From Candidatus Latescibacterota bacterium (GTDB lineage Bacteria; Latescibacterota; UBA2968; UBA8231), in NCBI GenBank assembly GCA_965261395.1, contig OZ253462.1, forward strand, positions 3,392,001 to 3,456,000: a stretch of 64,000 bases of DNA. Direction: 5' to 3'. Under the pieces are notes generated by a model that saw nothing but the letters and a program-made list of their open reading frames with translations, was not told the DNA's origin and made no database searches. Of the stretch, positions 9,604-19,010 are shown one piece after another. Numbering within the stretch: the stretch's first letter is position 1; each line of letters starts with the position of its first letter. Both the position numbers and the translations under genes were made by a program.

Positions 9604-10759
9604 ATGAGTAAGAGTTCCTAACAAAACTCTTTGAGGTGGTTCCAACAGATGAGTATACATCCGATGTCGAGGAAGGCCTCATGGATTTCGGCTCGCCGCT
9701 CCCAGCGCACTCGTAACCGCCGAAACTGATGCAACCACGCCAACGTCCGTTCCACCACCCACCGATAGACGCCCAAGCCGCTGCCGTGGGCTTGTCCCCG
9801 CCGCGCCAACACCGCGCCGATGCCCCGCTTTTGCAAGGCGCGCCGATGCGCTTGCGAATCATAGGCCCGGTCGCCTTGCACCTGATCGGGGCGACGACGC
9901 GGTCGGCCGACTCGACCGGCCACCGCAGGGATGCGATCCACCAACGGCAACAACTGCGTCACATCATGCCGATGCGCCCCCGTCACGCTGGCGGCCAACG
10001 GGACCCCCTGTGCATCGGTGATTACATGATGTTTGCTGCCCGGTTTGCCCCGATCGGTCGGATTGGGACCGGGGTGCGCCCCCCCCCAACCGCCCGCACC
10101 GAGGCACTATCGATCACCGCCCGAGACCCGTCGATCCGGTCGGCCGCCCGTAGTTGGTTCAACAGAATATGGTGGACGCGCTTCCAGACCCCGGCTTGCT
10201 GCCAAGCCCGCCGCCGACGCCAGCAGGTCATCCCCGAGCCGCACCCCAACTCTTGCGGCAAATACTCCCAAGGGATGCCCGTCTTGAGCACAAAGACCAG
10301 GCCGGTCAGCACCCGACGATTATCCAGCGGGGGCCGACCGCCTTTGGGCTTGGCTACATCGGGGGGTAAAACCGGTTCAATGAGTTCCCATAACGCATCG
10401 TCGAGTACGGGCTGGGCCATGAACAAACCTCCATACCAAGGGAGTAGCATCAATACCGAACAAATGAATATAGATCAGCCTAAACGACATAAAAAGGGTT
10501 TGTTAGAGACTCTAAGTATTACATCATCTCCTACGACATGGCCGAGGGAGGCAATTACGACGCCCTCTACGATGCCATTGAGGGCTATGGCAATTGTGCT
10601 CACGTCACTGAGTCGACATGGATAGTGAAGACCGAGTGGAGTGCAGGAGAGATAGTTGCTGACTTGGATAAATACCTACCTGAAGGAAGTCGTCTTTTTG
10701 TTGCAGAGGCCGGCGACGACGCAGACGGGCGAAACTTATTAATCAACCCTTGTTTTTAG
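9604..10759 (+). pseudogene. Small Cas2-like (ferredoxin-fold) protein gene split by IS within codon 3
   Basis: Removing the IS (9612-10512) and one TAA copy gives ATG AGT AAG TAT TAC ATC ATC TCC TAC GAC = MSKYYIISYDMAEGGNYDALYDAIEGYG...ESTWIVKT (83 aa); AAGGA RBS upstream. Confidence 0.65.
9612..10512 (-). mobile_element. IS5-family element (two-ORF type, IS427-like) with -1 frameshift transposase
   Basis: Terminal inverted repeats GAGTTCCTAACAAAAC / GTTTTGTTAGAGACTC; TAA direct repeat at 9609-11 and 10513-15; orfA 10420-10022 and orfB (GPNPTDRGKPGSKHH...RWVVERTLAWL, stop 9618) joined by a -1 shift at a G9 run (10079-87). Confidence 0.92.
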
Positions 10760-10764
10760 ACACT

Positions 10765-10961
10765 GCATAGTTTCTCCCAAGCCGTGCGGGGGCACCCCTG
10801 TATTCGGGTATGCGGATTCACATCACTGATATGCTGGATTTGCTCGTCGACGACTTGTTATTGAATAGATTTTGGCCGAGCATCCTGACCTCGAAACTGA
10901 GGATATTCGCGTTTGTCTGCGCTTTGCTAGTTCGGATGCGGCGACGGAGAGTAATGGATAG
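10765..10961 (+). pseudogene. DUF433-like (putative antitoxin) remnant with frameshifts
   Basis: Pieces in shifting frames read CGG-PCIR-MRIHITDMLDLL...ILAEHPDLETEDIRVCLRFA, resembling the DUF433 pattern. Confidence 0.6.
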
Positions 10962-10994
10962 GAGTCATACATTGAAAGACCTTGACCGCATTTC

Positions 10995-12170
10995 GGCTTT
11001 GGTGCATGAAAACTGTCGGGGCCGTGTTGCCCCTTGTCTGGTGTGTTTTAGACTTCCTTGGTTATCGGATAGGACTCGGGCTTAGCCAAATGCAATAGCC
11101 GGTTGAGTATGGCACATCCCACTCGTGTTTCGGTTTGTTGGTGGGATAGGGTTCGGGCGTGCAAGGTGTCGCCGAGGCTCTGTTTGTAGCGGCCGATCTG
11201 GGTTTCGACGAGGGATCGGCGATGATAGCCACTGGTTTTTTTCCAGGTTCGACGGCCCCGGCTACGGATGGTTCGGATCGTCTCATCGCGGGGCAACGGC
11301 TCCGCGTTGCAGTTGCCATGTTGCTGGATTTTGGCGTCTTTGCGCGGCGGAATGATCGGCCGGATCGGCGGCCCTCGGTCCGGCGCAGCCAACGCCTCAA
11401 ACACCTTGCGTTTATCATAGGCTCCATCCCCGCCCACCGCCGCGATGGGGGCCGCGACTTGCTCCAGCAACGGCTCGACCTGCCCGGCATCATCTGGGCG
11501 ATTGGCCGTCAACGTCTGGGCGACGATCTCGCCGGTGGCTTCGTCGACCCCAAGGTGCAATTTGCGCCAGGTGCGCCGCTTGCCCCAGCCGTGCTGACGC
11601 ACCTTCCACTCGCCTTCGCCATACCCCTTCAACCCCGTCGAATCAACGACCCAATGCCGGGGTTGATCCGTGGGCTGGGTAGGCAACGCTACTGTCAAGT
11701 CAGCCTGACGCCGCGAGAGGGTCGTATGATCCGGCACCCGTATAGCCAAGCCCATCAAGGCTACAATGGAAGCGACAAACCCCTCGGTTTGGCGTAGCGG
11801 CAAGTGATACATAAGCCGCAACGTCAACGCCGTGTGGATGGCTACGTCCGAAAAGGTATATTGCGCCCCCCGTTGGCGCGGCCCTTGATAATACCACGCT
11901 TCGACCGCTTGGGGGGAAAACCACACCGTCAGGCTACCGCGCTGGGTAAGCCCCGCATCATAATCAGGCCAATTACGCACCCGATACACAACCTTCGAGC
12001 GACGGCAACGGGGCTTGACCGAAGACGGAGCAGACGATACGTTGGACATGACAGGTTCCTTGGAAGAGAAGGCATAGAGTCTTTTCGCAAAAAAGTCATG
12101 CCCAATCTACTGAGGAGCCTGTCTTTATTCAACCGAGAAACCCAAAAATACCGATCCATGCACCAAAGCC
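10995..12170 (-). mobile_element. IS5-family (IS903-like) element, copy 2; transposase 11048-12049
   Basis: Terminal repeats GGCTTTGGTGCATG / CATGCACCAAAGCC; YRVRNWPDYDAGLTQRGSLTVW, VDSTGLK, RRTWRKLHL, GYHRRSLVET. No matching flanking direct repeat. Confidence 0.95.
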
Positions 12171-12940
12171 TTTGAGCGGTGTAAATCCAGTCCCTTGTTT
12201 GGCGACGACTTCCAAGTCGATCTTATGCGTCTTTTTTAAGTCCGCTACCCAAGCTTTGAGGTCGGCCCCCGAATAGCCGCCATCAACCCACAGCTTGTGC
12301 AGCCTAGGCACACCGGGAGCCGCGTAGCGTGTCAACACGCGCTTCAGGCCGTCCCGATCGCCCACCTCGGCGGCGGTGACTTCCACCTGTCGGATCAACC
12401 CCAAGGTATCCACCAACCGATGACGCTTGCGTCCTTTGATCTTTTTGCCCGCGTCATAACCGATTGTTTCCCCTTGGGTTGCCGTCTTAATGGTCTGGCT
12501 ATCGACGCAGCCGGCCGACGGGGTGGGTTGGCGGCCTTGCCGGCGGCGTTCCCGCTGGGTGAGTCAATCCAATATCGGCGGCCAGACCCCGTTTAGGCTC
12601 CAGCGACGAAAGTAGTCATACACGGTTTTCCACGGCCCAAAACTCGGCGGCAACAAAGCCCAGGGACCGCCGGTTTTGGTCCGATACAAAAGGCCATTGA
12701 TGATCTGGCGTGGATCCCGCCGTGGGCGGCCCGGCCCGCCGGGATGCCAGATGGGGGCGGGCAGTAATGGCTCGATCAGACGCCATTGCGCATCGGTTAT
12801 ATCGGTGGCATATTCGTCCGTCGGCGTACTCATCATAGGGCCTTTCTGTTCAGATTTTGTGGTGAAACCTGAATATGGCCCGATGAGTACGCCGCTTCAA
12901 GCGCTCGATCCAGTATGAGAGTTTTCAGACTGCTGCTTAG
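12171..12940 (-). mobile_element. IS5-family (IS1031-like) element, inactivated and truncated
   Basis: Transposase from 12836 (YATDITDAQW...FGPWKTVYDYFRRW) has an in-frame TGA at 12564-66, continues in the same frame (VDSQTIKT, GYDAGKKIKGRKRH, WVDGGYSG) and is cut at 12171 by the IS903-like copy. Confidence 0.85.
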
Positions 12941-14385
12941 CGACTTTATCCAAAGAAGAATGGCAGCGACTCGGATTCCTTCGTAGCGTAGATGGTGTCG
13001 AGACACCTACAGCGTCGGAGGAACCCATGAGTCGACTGCCGAAGGATATAATAAGCGTTTTGTCGCACGTTGCCCCTATTTTTTCTGCCCGTGTCTGGCC
13101 GCAAGCGCAGACGTTGTTGATCGGTGCCTTGTTGGCACCGGGCAAACGTACGGTGAGCGCCGTGTTGGAAGTGATGGGGTTGGCGGCGGAGCCCCAGTTT
13201 CAAACCTATCATCGCCTGCTCAATCGCTGTGTCTGGTCTCCGGTCGCCGGTAGTCAGCGTTTATTGGCGTTGTTAGTGGCGACCTTTGCGCCGACCGGCT
13301 GGATTGTCTTGGGCTTGGATGATACTATTGAGCGGCGGCGTGGCGACCACATCCGCGCCAAAGGCATCTATCGAGATCCGGTGCGTTCCAGTCGGCGCCA
13401 TTTTGTTAAAGCCAGTGGCCTACGCTGGCTGTCGTTGATGCTCCTGACGCCGATCGGCTGGGCGGATCGGCTTTGGGCGTTACCCTTTATGAGTGTACTG
13501 TGTCCCTCCCCGCGCTATTATACGCAGCAGGGTCGCCCCGCGGTACCTCTCTTACAGCGCGCCCAAAGTATGCTCCACGTAGTCGCCCGTTGGCTGCCCG
13601 GACGGCGTATGGTCGTGGTGGCCGATAGTAGCTTTGCGGCGCTGGCCTTCCTCGACGCGGTCGCCTCCTATGTTACCGTCGTGACGCGCCTGCGTCTGGA
13701 TGCGGCCCTCTATACCCCGGCCCCGCCTCGGTCGGTTCACCAAGTGGGTCGACCTCGCTGCAAAGGGAGCCGTTTACCTCCCCTCCAACACCATCTAGAC
13801 GACCCGGATACGCCTTGGCAACCGATAACGATCCATCGTTGGTATGGCCGCGGACGGCGCACCGTGGAGGTCTATTCCCAAACTGCCGTCTGGTATCACA
13901 CCGGCTTGCCTGCCGTGCCGATTCGATGGCTCCTCATCCGAGATCCCCACGACACCTTTGCCCCCCAAGCGTTGCTGTCGACCCATCTGAGCCTCTCGCC
14001 CCGGCAGATCCTGACCTTTTTTATGCAGCGCTGGGCGGTCGAAACCACCTTTGAAGAAGCCCGTGCCCATCTCGGTATGGAGACCCAACGCCAGTGGAAT
14101 GATCAAGCGATTGCTCGCACCACCCCGGTCCTCTTAGCCTTGTTTAGTCTCGTCACGTTGATCGCCCATCGCTGGGTCAAAAAACGAGCACAGGGCTGCC
14201 ACGCCACCGCGTGGTATAAAAAAGTAAAACCGACCTTTGCTGATGCGTTGGCTGGGATCCGAAAACAAATTTGGGCGACTTTTTCAACCACCCAACCGCG
14301 AGACGACATGGTAAAAATACCGCGTGCCCTATTTAACCGCTTGATACACACCGTCTGTTACGCTACGTGAATGGATAAAGTCGAG
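12941..14385 (+). mobile_element. IS701-family-like element; transposase 13027-14370
   Basis: Inverted repeats CGACTTTATCCA (12941-52) / TGGATAAAGTCG (14372-83); LGLDDTIERR, VVADSSF, RWAVETTFEEAR DDE motifs. Confidence 0.88.
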
Positions 14386-14454
14386 CTAACGTTTTGGTTG
14401 CAAAAATCCCGATCACCACCACTTTGGTCCATGACGCGCCTGTGCATCCTGCGA

Positions 14455-15318
14455 TCAGGTCGGCGGCTGGTCTTCGATGCCGTCGAGGATGATGTCTAGT
14501 TGGTCCGCGGGCGCGTAGTACGCGCCGGGTGCGCTATTAGGGCCGATATCGCCCATCAGGCGTCGCTGACGCGGCGTCATGCGCGCTAGCACTTCGGGCG
14601 GTGCCTTCTCGTAGTCCCACGGCCGCGACCATAGCTGCCCGTAGCGAAAGGTAACGCTGCGCCGGACGCCCTCGCCCTCGTTCGGGGCCACGCCGTGCCA
14701 CAGGCCGTAGGTGAAGATGACGGCATCACCGGCCTCGGCGACTAGCTGGACGCCGCCCTCTGGCCATGCTCCCTTGGCGAAACCCTTCTCGGGAAAGTCC
14801 CGGCGATGGCTGCCGGGCACGAAGCAGAAGTTGGCCCGGTTATCTGCGGGGATGTCGGTCAGGAAATACTGGATCTTAAAGTTGAGCGGGCGGCTGTCCG
14901 GCTCGACGCGGAACTCGCGCAAGGAGGCACCCCCGTCTGTGTGCCAGTCGAAGGGCATGTCTTCACTGGGATAGCGGACGTAGATCACCGTGCCCATAAT
15001 CTGGAGATAGGGGCCCATCAGGTCGACGATGACGCCGAAGGTGTTAGGATGATCGATCAGCGAATCGAAATCCGGTGACCGCTCGACCGTCTGGATGATG
15101 TTGAAGGCGTCCTGATCGCGGGCCTCGGGGTGGGTCTCGCGGTATTTGGCGACCACCTCGTCGGTCGCGGATAGATAGTCTGCGACTTGGTCGCGAGTGA
15201 GGGCACCCTTGAGATGGATATAGCCCTTTTCCACCCAGTTGCGTCTTATGTCGTCGGTGAGGCGTCGCACGGTAGTCTCGGTTTGTTTAGGAGTGAGTAA
15301 AGTGCTCAAAGCAATCAC
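14455..15318 (-). CDS. Phytanoyl-CoA dioxygenase (PhyH) family Fe(II)/2OG oxygenase
   Basis: WHTDGG (HxD), FVPGSHR, AGDAVIF...WHGVAPN; true start may be slightly downstream. Confidence 0.88.
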   Translation of the reverse strand: MIALSTLLTPKQTETTVRRLTDDIRRNWVEKGYIHLKGALTRDQVADYLSATDEVVAKYRETHPEARDQDAFNIIQTVERSPDFDSLIDHPNTFGVIVDLMGPYLQIMGTVIYVRYPSEDMPFDWHTDGGASLREFRVEPDSRPLNFKIQYFLTDIPADNRANFCFVPGSHRRDFPEKGFAKGAWPEGGVQLVAEAGDAVIFTYGLWHGVAPNEGEGVRRSVTFRYGQLWSRPWDYEKAPPEVLARMTPRQRRLMGDIGPNSAPGAYYAPADQLDIILDGIEDQPPT

Positions 15319-15381
15319 GGTAGCCGGCGGGTGTCAACGTACACTGATCCAAATACCAGCCCCGCAAAAGGATGACTCAGT

Positions 15382-16311
15382 TTACGGTCTGCCCAGTCGA
15401 GAGACTATAGCGCATATATCAGTCATGAAGTCTGGCACCCAGGTTTTGGATATGGGAATTGCGTCCAAACCAAATTCAAGGATCCATTGCAGACAGTGGA
15501 CGCTCCAGCAGAGCCCGCCCATGTCAAGGTGCCAGTCTGTAACTTCCTCTTGTATTCCTTGATCTTTTAGCCCGGACCTGTAGGCACCGATTAGTGTCTC
15601 TCGGGAAATATGTTGGTCTTTCCCTTCGTTAATCAGGCAATAGAGATCTCCGAGGTGAGGGCTGATACGCGCATTTGCCCAATCGACGGGAACAAGGCGT
15701 CCGCTGACATTTAGAAGATTCTTGGCGTGATAGTCATTGTGATTCAGTGTAGGGGGAAGCTCTTGGTATAATCGGTCCAAGTGTCTTGAGAATGAATTGG
15801 CCTGTCTCCCCAAGGCATGAATCATTTCCCGGTGCTCCGAACCTGCGTGCTCAATCACATAGTCAAAGTCAAGCAGAAGTTGGTCTTTGGTCAGCAAGTG
15901 CCTTTGAAGATCAGAATCACTGATCTTGCCGATTCTGTCTGCAGAAGTCCGAATGTCCGCGAGCTTGCGGGCCGCCTCTAGGAAAGCTGACTTTGACGGC
16001 TGTTGTTCAAGGTCTGTACCTCTTAGATCCTCCATAAGCAGGATATACTCAGAATCGCTCGCATAGCTTGCGAAGACAGTCGGTGCATCTATGGCGAGAG
16101 GAATCAGGCACTCTTGGTAGATCTCCAACTCCGTAGGGCCTTTAGTGGGAATCCCTCGCTTGACGATTAGGGTGCGGTCCTCGTCGTCTAAAGCTAACCG
16201 GAACACTTGCGAAAGAGACCACTCCCTGAGAGGATCTACACCTGCGACTTTGGCAGGTTTGAGAGAGTCGGCAATCAACTCTAACCAATCAGGAAAACTA
16301 TTCGTGGTCAT
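15382..16311 (-). CDS. Aminoglycoside/choline kinase-like phosphotransferase
   Basis: LLMEDL; HNDYHAKNLL (HxDxxxxN); VDWANA. Confidence 0.82.
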   Translation of the reverse strand: MTTNSFPDWLELIADSLKPAKVAGVDPLREWSLSQVFRLALDDEDRTLIVKRGIPTKGPTELEIYQECLIPLAIDAPTVFASYASDSEYILLMEDLRGTDLEQQPSKSAFLEAARKLADIRTSADRIGKISDSDLQRHLLTKDQLLLDFDYVIEHAGSEHREMIHALGRQANSFSRHLDRLYQELPPTLNHNDYHAKNLLNVSGRLVPVDWANARISPHLGDLYCLINEGKDQHISRETLIGAYRSGLKDQGIQEEVTDWHLDMGGLCWSVHCLQWILEFGLDAIPISKTWVPDFMTDICAIVSRLGRP

Positions 16312-16387
16312 CGTCTGTAACAGGAGCGAGACTGGCCCGATCTTTCAAGGACGTACTCAATGTACATGGCAATAACCCATTTCTGCA

Positions 16388-16426
16388 GCAAAAAAAGGGA
16401 AGGGCACGAGGCCCTTCCCCTTTTGC
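16388..16426. terminator. Intrinsic terminator hairpin downstream of hsp20
   Basis: AAAAAAAGGGAAGGGC-ACGAG-GCCCTTCCCCTTTT; U-tract on the minus strand. Confidence 0.8.
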
Positions 16427-16441
16427 GCGTCTCAAGGCAGG

Positions 16442-16912
16442 CTAGCTGGTCTTGACTTCCACCTGGCGGACGACCTTCTTCGCCTCCTCCTTCTTGGGCA
16501 GGGTGATCGCCAAGACGCCGTTCTTGAACTTGGCTTCGATCTTCTCTGCCTCTACTCCATCGGGAAGGTGGAAGGCCCGCTCGAAGCGGCCGTAGATGCG
16601 CTCCTGGCGGAAGTACTTGCCTTCCTTTTCCTCGGTGTCGCTGGTCTTTTCGCCCCGCAGCACGAGGGATCCGTCGGCGACGGAGATTTCGATGTCCTTC
16701 TCCTCCAACCCCGGCAGTTCGGCCGAGATTTCGTAGGAGACGTCGTCTTCTCTGACGTCGATGCGCGGGGCGAAGGCGAAAGTCCCCCCGTTGCCAGTCA
16801 AAACGGGCATACGCGAGTCATCGCTAAAGAAGGCATCGAAGAGATTGTCGAACGGGCTGCGCCACGGGCGATTGCTGACGCGAGCGCTGGGTAGTAAGGT
16901 TTTGACGGCCAT
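16442..16912 (-). CDS. Small heat shock protein, Hsp20/alpha-crystallin family
   Basis: PRIDVRE, AELPG, ERIYGRFERAFHLP, AKFKNGVLAITLPK; AAGGAG RBS. Confidence 0.95.
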   Translation of the reverse strand: MAVKTLLPSARVSNRPWRSPFDNLFDAFFSDDSRMPVLTGNGGTFAFAPRIDVREDDVSYEISAELPGLEEKDIEISVADGSLVLRGEKTSDTEEKEGKYFRQERIYGRFERAFHLPDGVEAEKIEAKFKNGVLAITLPKKEEAKKVVRQVEVKTS

Positions 16913-16968
16913 GATTTTTTCTCCTTGTTAAGTGGTGGTTGGTTCGTATGGCCTGCTCCCATTGTATC

Positions 16969-16983
16969 GCAAAAACCGTGCCA
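16969..16983 (-). promoter_or_regulatory. Putative sigma-54 (-24/-12) promoter of hsp20
   Basis: Minus strand TGGCACGGTTTTTGC = GG-N10-GC consensus, about 56 bp upstream of the ATG, next to an AT-rich tract. Confidence 0.65.
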
Positions 16984-17162
16984 ACACTTTAAATTTTTAC
17001 ATATCTTGTTGTTATACATAGAGTTGAGAAGTTTTTGATGCAAAAAGGGACACTGTCCGTATTGTCAGCAGGGCCTAGAAAAATTGGCAGGCGTTGCACG
17101 AAATTGGCCGAAGTCCATGCCGTTATGGCACTCCGTCCTCGTAGCCATCGAAAGGAACCATT

Positions 17163-18506
17163 GTGATCGACTGGGAAGCTGTGCGCGCCGAAGTGACCGG
17201 GCATTTGCAGGCCCTCATCCGCATCGACACCACCAACCCCCCGGGCAACGAAAGCGAGGCCGCGCACTATCTCGAAGGCGTGCTGCGGCGGGAGGGCTTT
17301 GATCCGCTCTTCGTCGAGTCCGCGCCCGGGCGGGGCAATGTCCTCGCGCGGCTGGCTGGCGGCGACGAACCGTCACTCATGCTATTGGGACATACCGACG
17401 TGGTGGCCGTCGAGCCTGAACACTGGACCCACCCGCCCTTTTCCGGCGCGTTGGCCGACGGCTGCGTGTGGGGACGAGGCGCGTTGGATATGAAGAACAT
17501 GGTCGCGACGAATCTGATGGTTTTGCTGTTGCTGCAACGGGAAGGCGTCCAACTCAACCGCGACATCGTCTTCGCTGCCACCGCCGACGAGGAAGCGGGC
17601 AAAGGCAATCACGGGCCGGGGTGGATTATCGACAACCGACCAGAGCTGTGGGACGCGCCCCTGATCATCACCGAGGGCGGCGGCAGCGACTTCGCGGTCG
17701 GCGAACAGCGTTTTTACACCTGCCAGACCGGACAAAAGGGGCTGTGCCGGCTGCGCCTGATCGCCCGCGGAACGCCCGGACACGGCTCCATGCCGCACGG
17801 CGACAGCGCGATCATCAAGCTGTCCAGAGCACTAGCCGGCTTGGAAGGAGCCGTGTTCCCCGCGCACGTGTCCGCGAGCGTGCGCCGCTTTATAGAGGGG
17901 ATTGTCGGCCGCCGTCCGGCCGCCGAGGCCGCCCTTTGGCAGCAAGTCCTCGCCCCGGCGACCGCGGACGCCGCACTGCGCAACCTGCCCATCGGCAGCC
18001 CCTTGCGCCGCGAGTTGGGCGCGGTGCTGCACAACACCGCCTCGCCGACCATGGTGCAGGCCGGTTCCAAGATCAACGTGATTCCGGGAGAGGCGACCGC
18101 CTGGATCGATGGGCGCTTGGTGCCCGGACAGACGGCAGAGAGTTTCGCGGCCGAGCTGCGCGCATTTGTCGGCGATGAGGTCGCCATCGAGATCGATCAG
18201 TACACGCCGCCGTTGGAAGCGTCGTCCGACACCCCGCTCTTCCGCACGGTCGCGGCCGTGATGCAAGAGCGCGAGCCAGACGCACCAATGCTCCCCTATC
18301 TGATGCCGGCCGGCACCGATGCCAAGCACATTGTGCCGCGCCGTCCCGAAACGCAGATCTACGGCTTTATGCCCTATCGGCAACAGCCGGGCGAGGAGGA
18401 GATGGAACTGATCCACGGCCACGACGAGCGCACCTCCGTGCAAGAACTGCTCTTTGCAACGCAGGTGCTCTACGAAATCGTCTGCCGCTTTGGGGAAGTA
18501 AAGTAG
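17163..18506 (+). CDS. M20/M25/M40 family metallo-hydrolase (peptidase/deacylase)
   Basis: LLGHTDVV, WGRGALDMK, ADEEAG, GTDAK, IHGHDER. Confidence 0.92.
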   Translation: MIDWEAVRAEVTGHLQALIRIDTTNPPGNESEAAHYLEGVLRREGFDPLFVESAPGRGNVLARLAGGDEPSLMLLGHTDVVAVEPEHWTHPPFSGALADGCVWGRGALDMKNMVATNLMVLLLLQREGVQLNRDIVFAATADEEAGKGNHGPGWIIDNRPELWDAPLIITEGGGSDFAVGEQRFYTCQTGQKGLCRLRLIARGTPGHGSMPHGDSAIIKLSRALAGLEGAVFPAHVSASVRRFIEGIVGRRPAAEAALWQQVLAPATADAALRNLPIGSPLRRELGAVLHNTASPTMVQAGSKINVIPGEATAWIDGRLVPGQTAESFAAELRAFVGDEVAIEIDQYTPPLEASSDTPLFRTVAAVMQEREPDAPMLPYLMPAGTDAKHIVPRRPETQIYGFMPYRQQPGEEEMELIHGHDERTSVQELLFATQVLYEIVCRFGEVK

Positions 18507-18508
18507 CG

Positions 18509-19009
18509 CTAGCTCGGATCGACGACGGCGACGCCATCGCGCACTTCGATAACCAGTACGCGATGGCCGGGGTTGAGGGGGCCTTGTGCGTTGGCCTGGC
18601 GCGCCAACAGTTCGATGGTGCGCCCTTGGACGGTAGCGGAAATTTTGCCGGTGCTACCCGGGGCGATGGGGACGGTGACTTCGGCTTCGATGCCGATCAA
18701 GTCGTCGCCCTCCAGCGAACTGTCGGCGCTTGATCCGCTCAGCCGGCCCAGCATCCAGTCGCCCAACAAGGAGCAGACTACGCCGGTGCCCAGCGCCGTG
18801 AACAACACAGCACTCGGACCCATCAGCAGGCTGCCGAGCATCCCGGCCAAACCAAAGAAGAAGGCAAAAAAGAAGAACAGCCGCAGCCGCAAAAAGGCCA
18901 GCGCTTGCAGGCCGTCGCTCACGCCATCACCGTCCCCGCCAAACAGCGAAGCACCAACGGCGATCCCCCCGACGATCAGCCCGCTCAAATACAGATAAAG
19001 GGGATCCAC
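18509..19009 (-). CDS. NfeD-like membrane protein (flotillin partner)
   Basis: Three N-terminal hydrophobic segments plus C-terminal OB-like IGIEAEVTVPI...GHRVLVIEV; 1 bp from the flotillin stop. Confidence 0.8.
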   Translation of the reverse strand: MDPLYLYLSGLIVGGIAVGASLFGGDGDGVSDGLQALAFLRLRLFFFFAFFFGLAGMLGSLLMGPSAVLFTALGTGVVCSLLGDWMLGRLSGSSADSSLEGDDLIGIEAEVTVPIAPGSTGKISATVQGRTIELLARQANAQGPLNPGHRVLVIEVRDGVAVVDPS

Positions 19010-19010
19010 G

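Noticed and set aside
9590-11000. CRISPR array near the Cas2-like gene
   Set aside because: No regularly spaced direct repeats seen here or elsewhere in the window.
12564-12566. In-frame TGA as evidence of stop codon reassignment
   Set aside because: Single case in a truncated IS; many intact genes here end normally at TGA.
17084-17098. Sigma-54-like TTGGCAGGCGTTGCA upstream of the M20 gene
   Set aside because: GG-to-GC spacing is 8, not the required 10.
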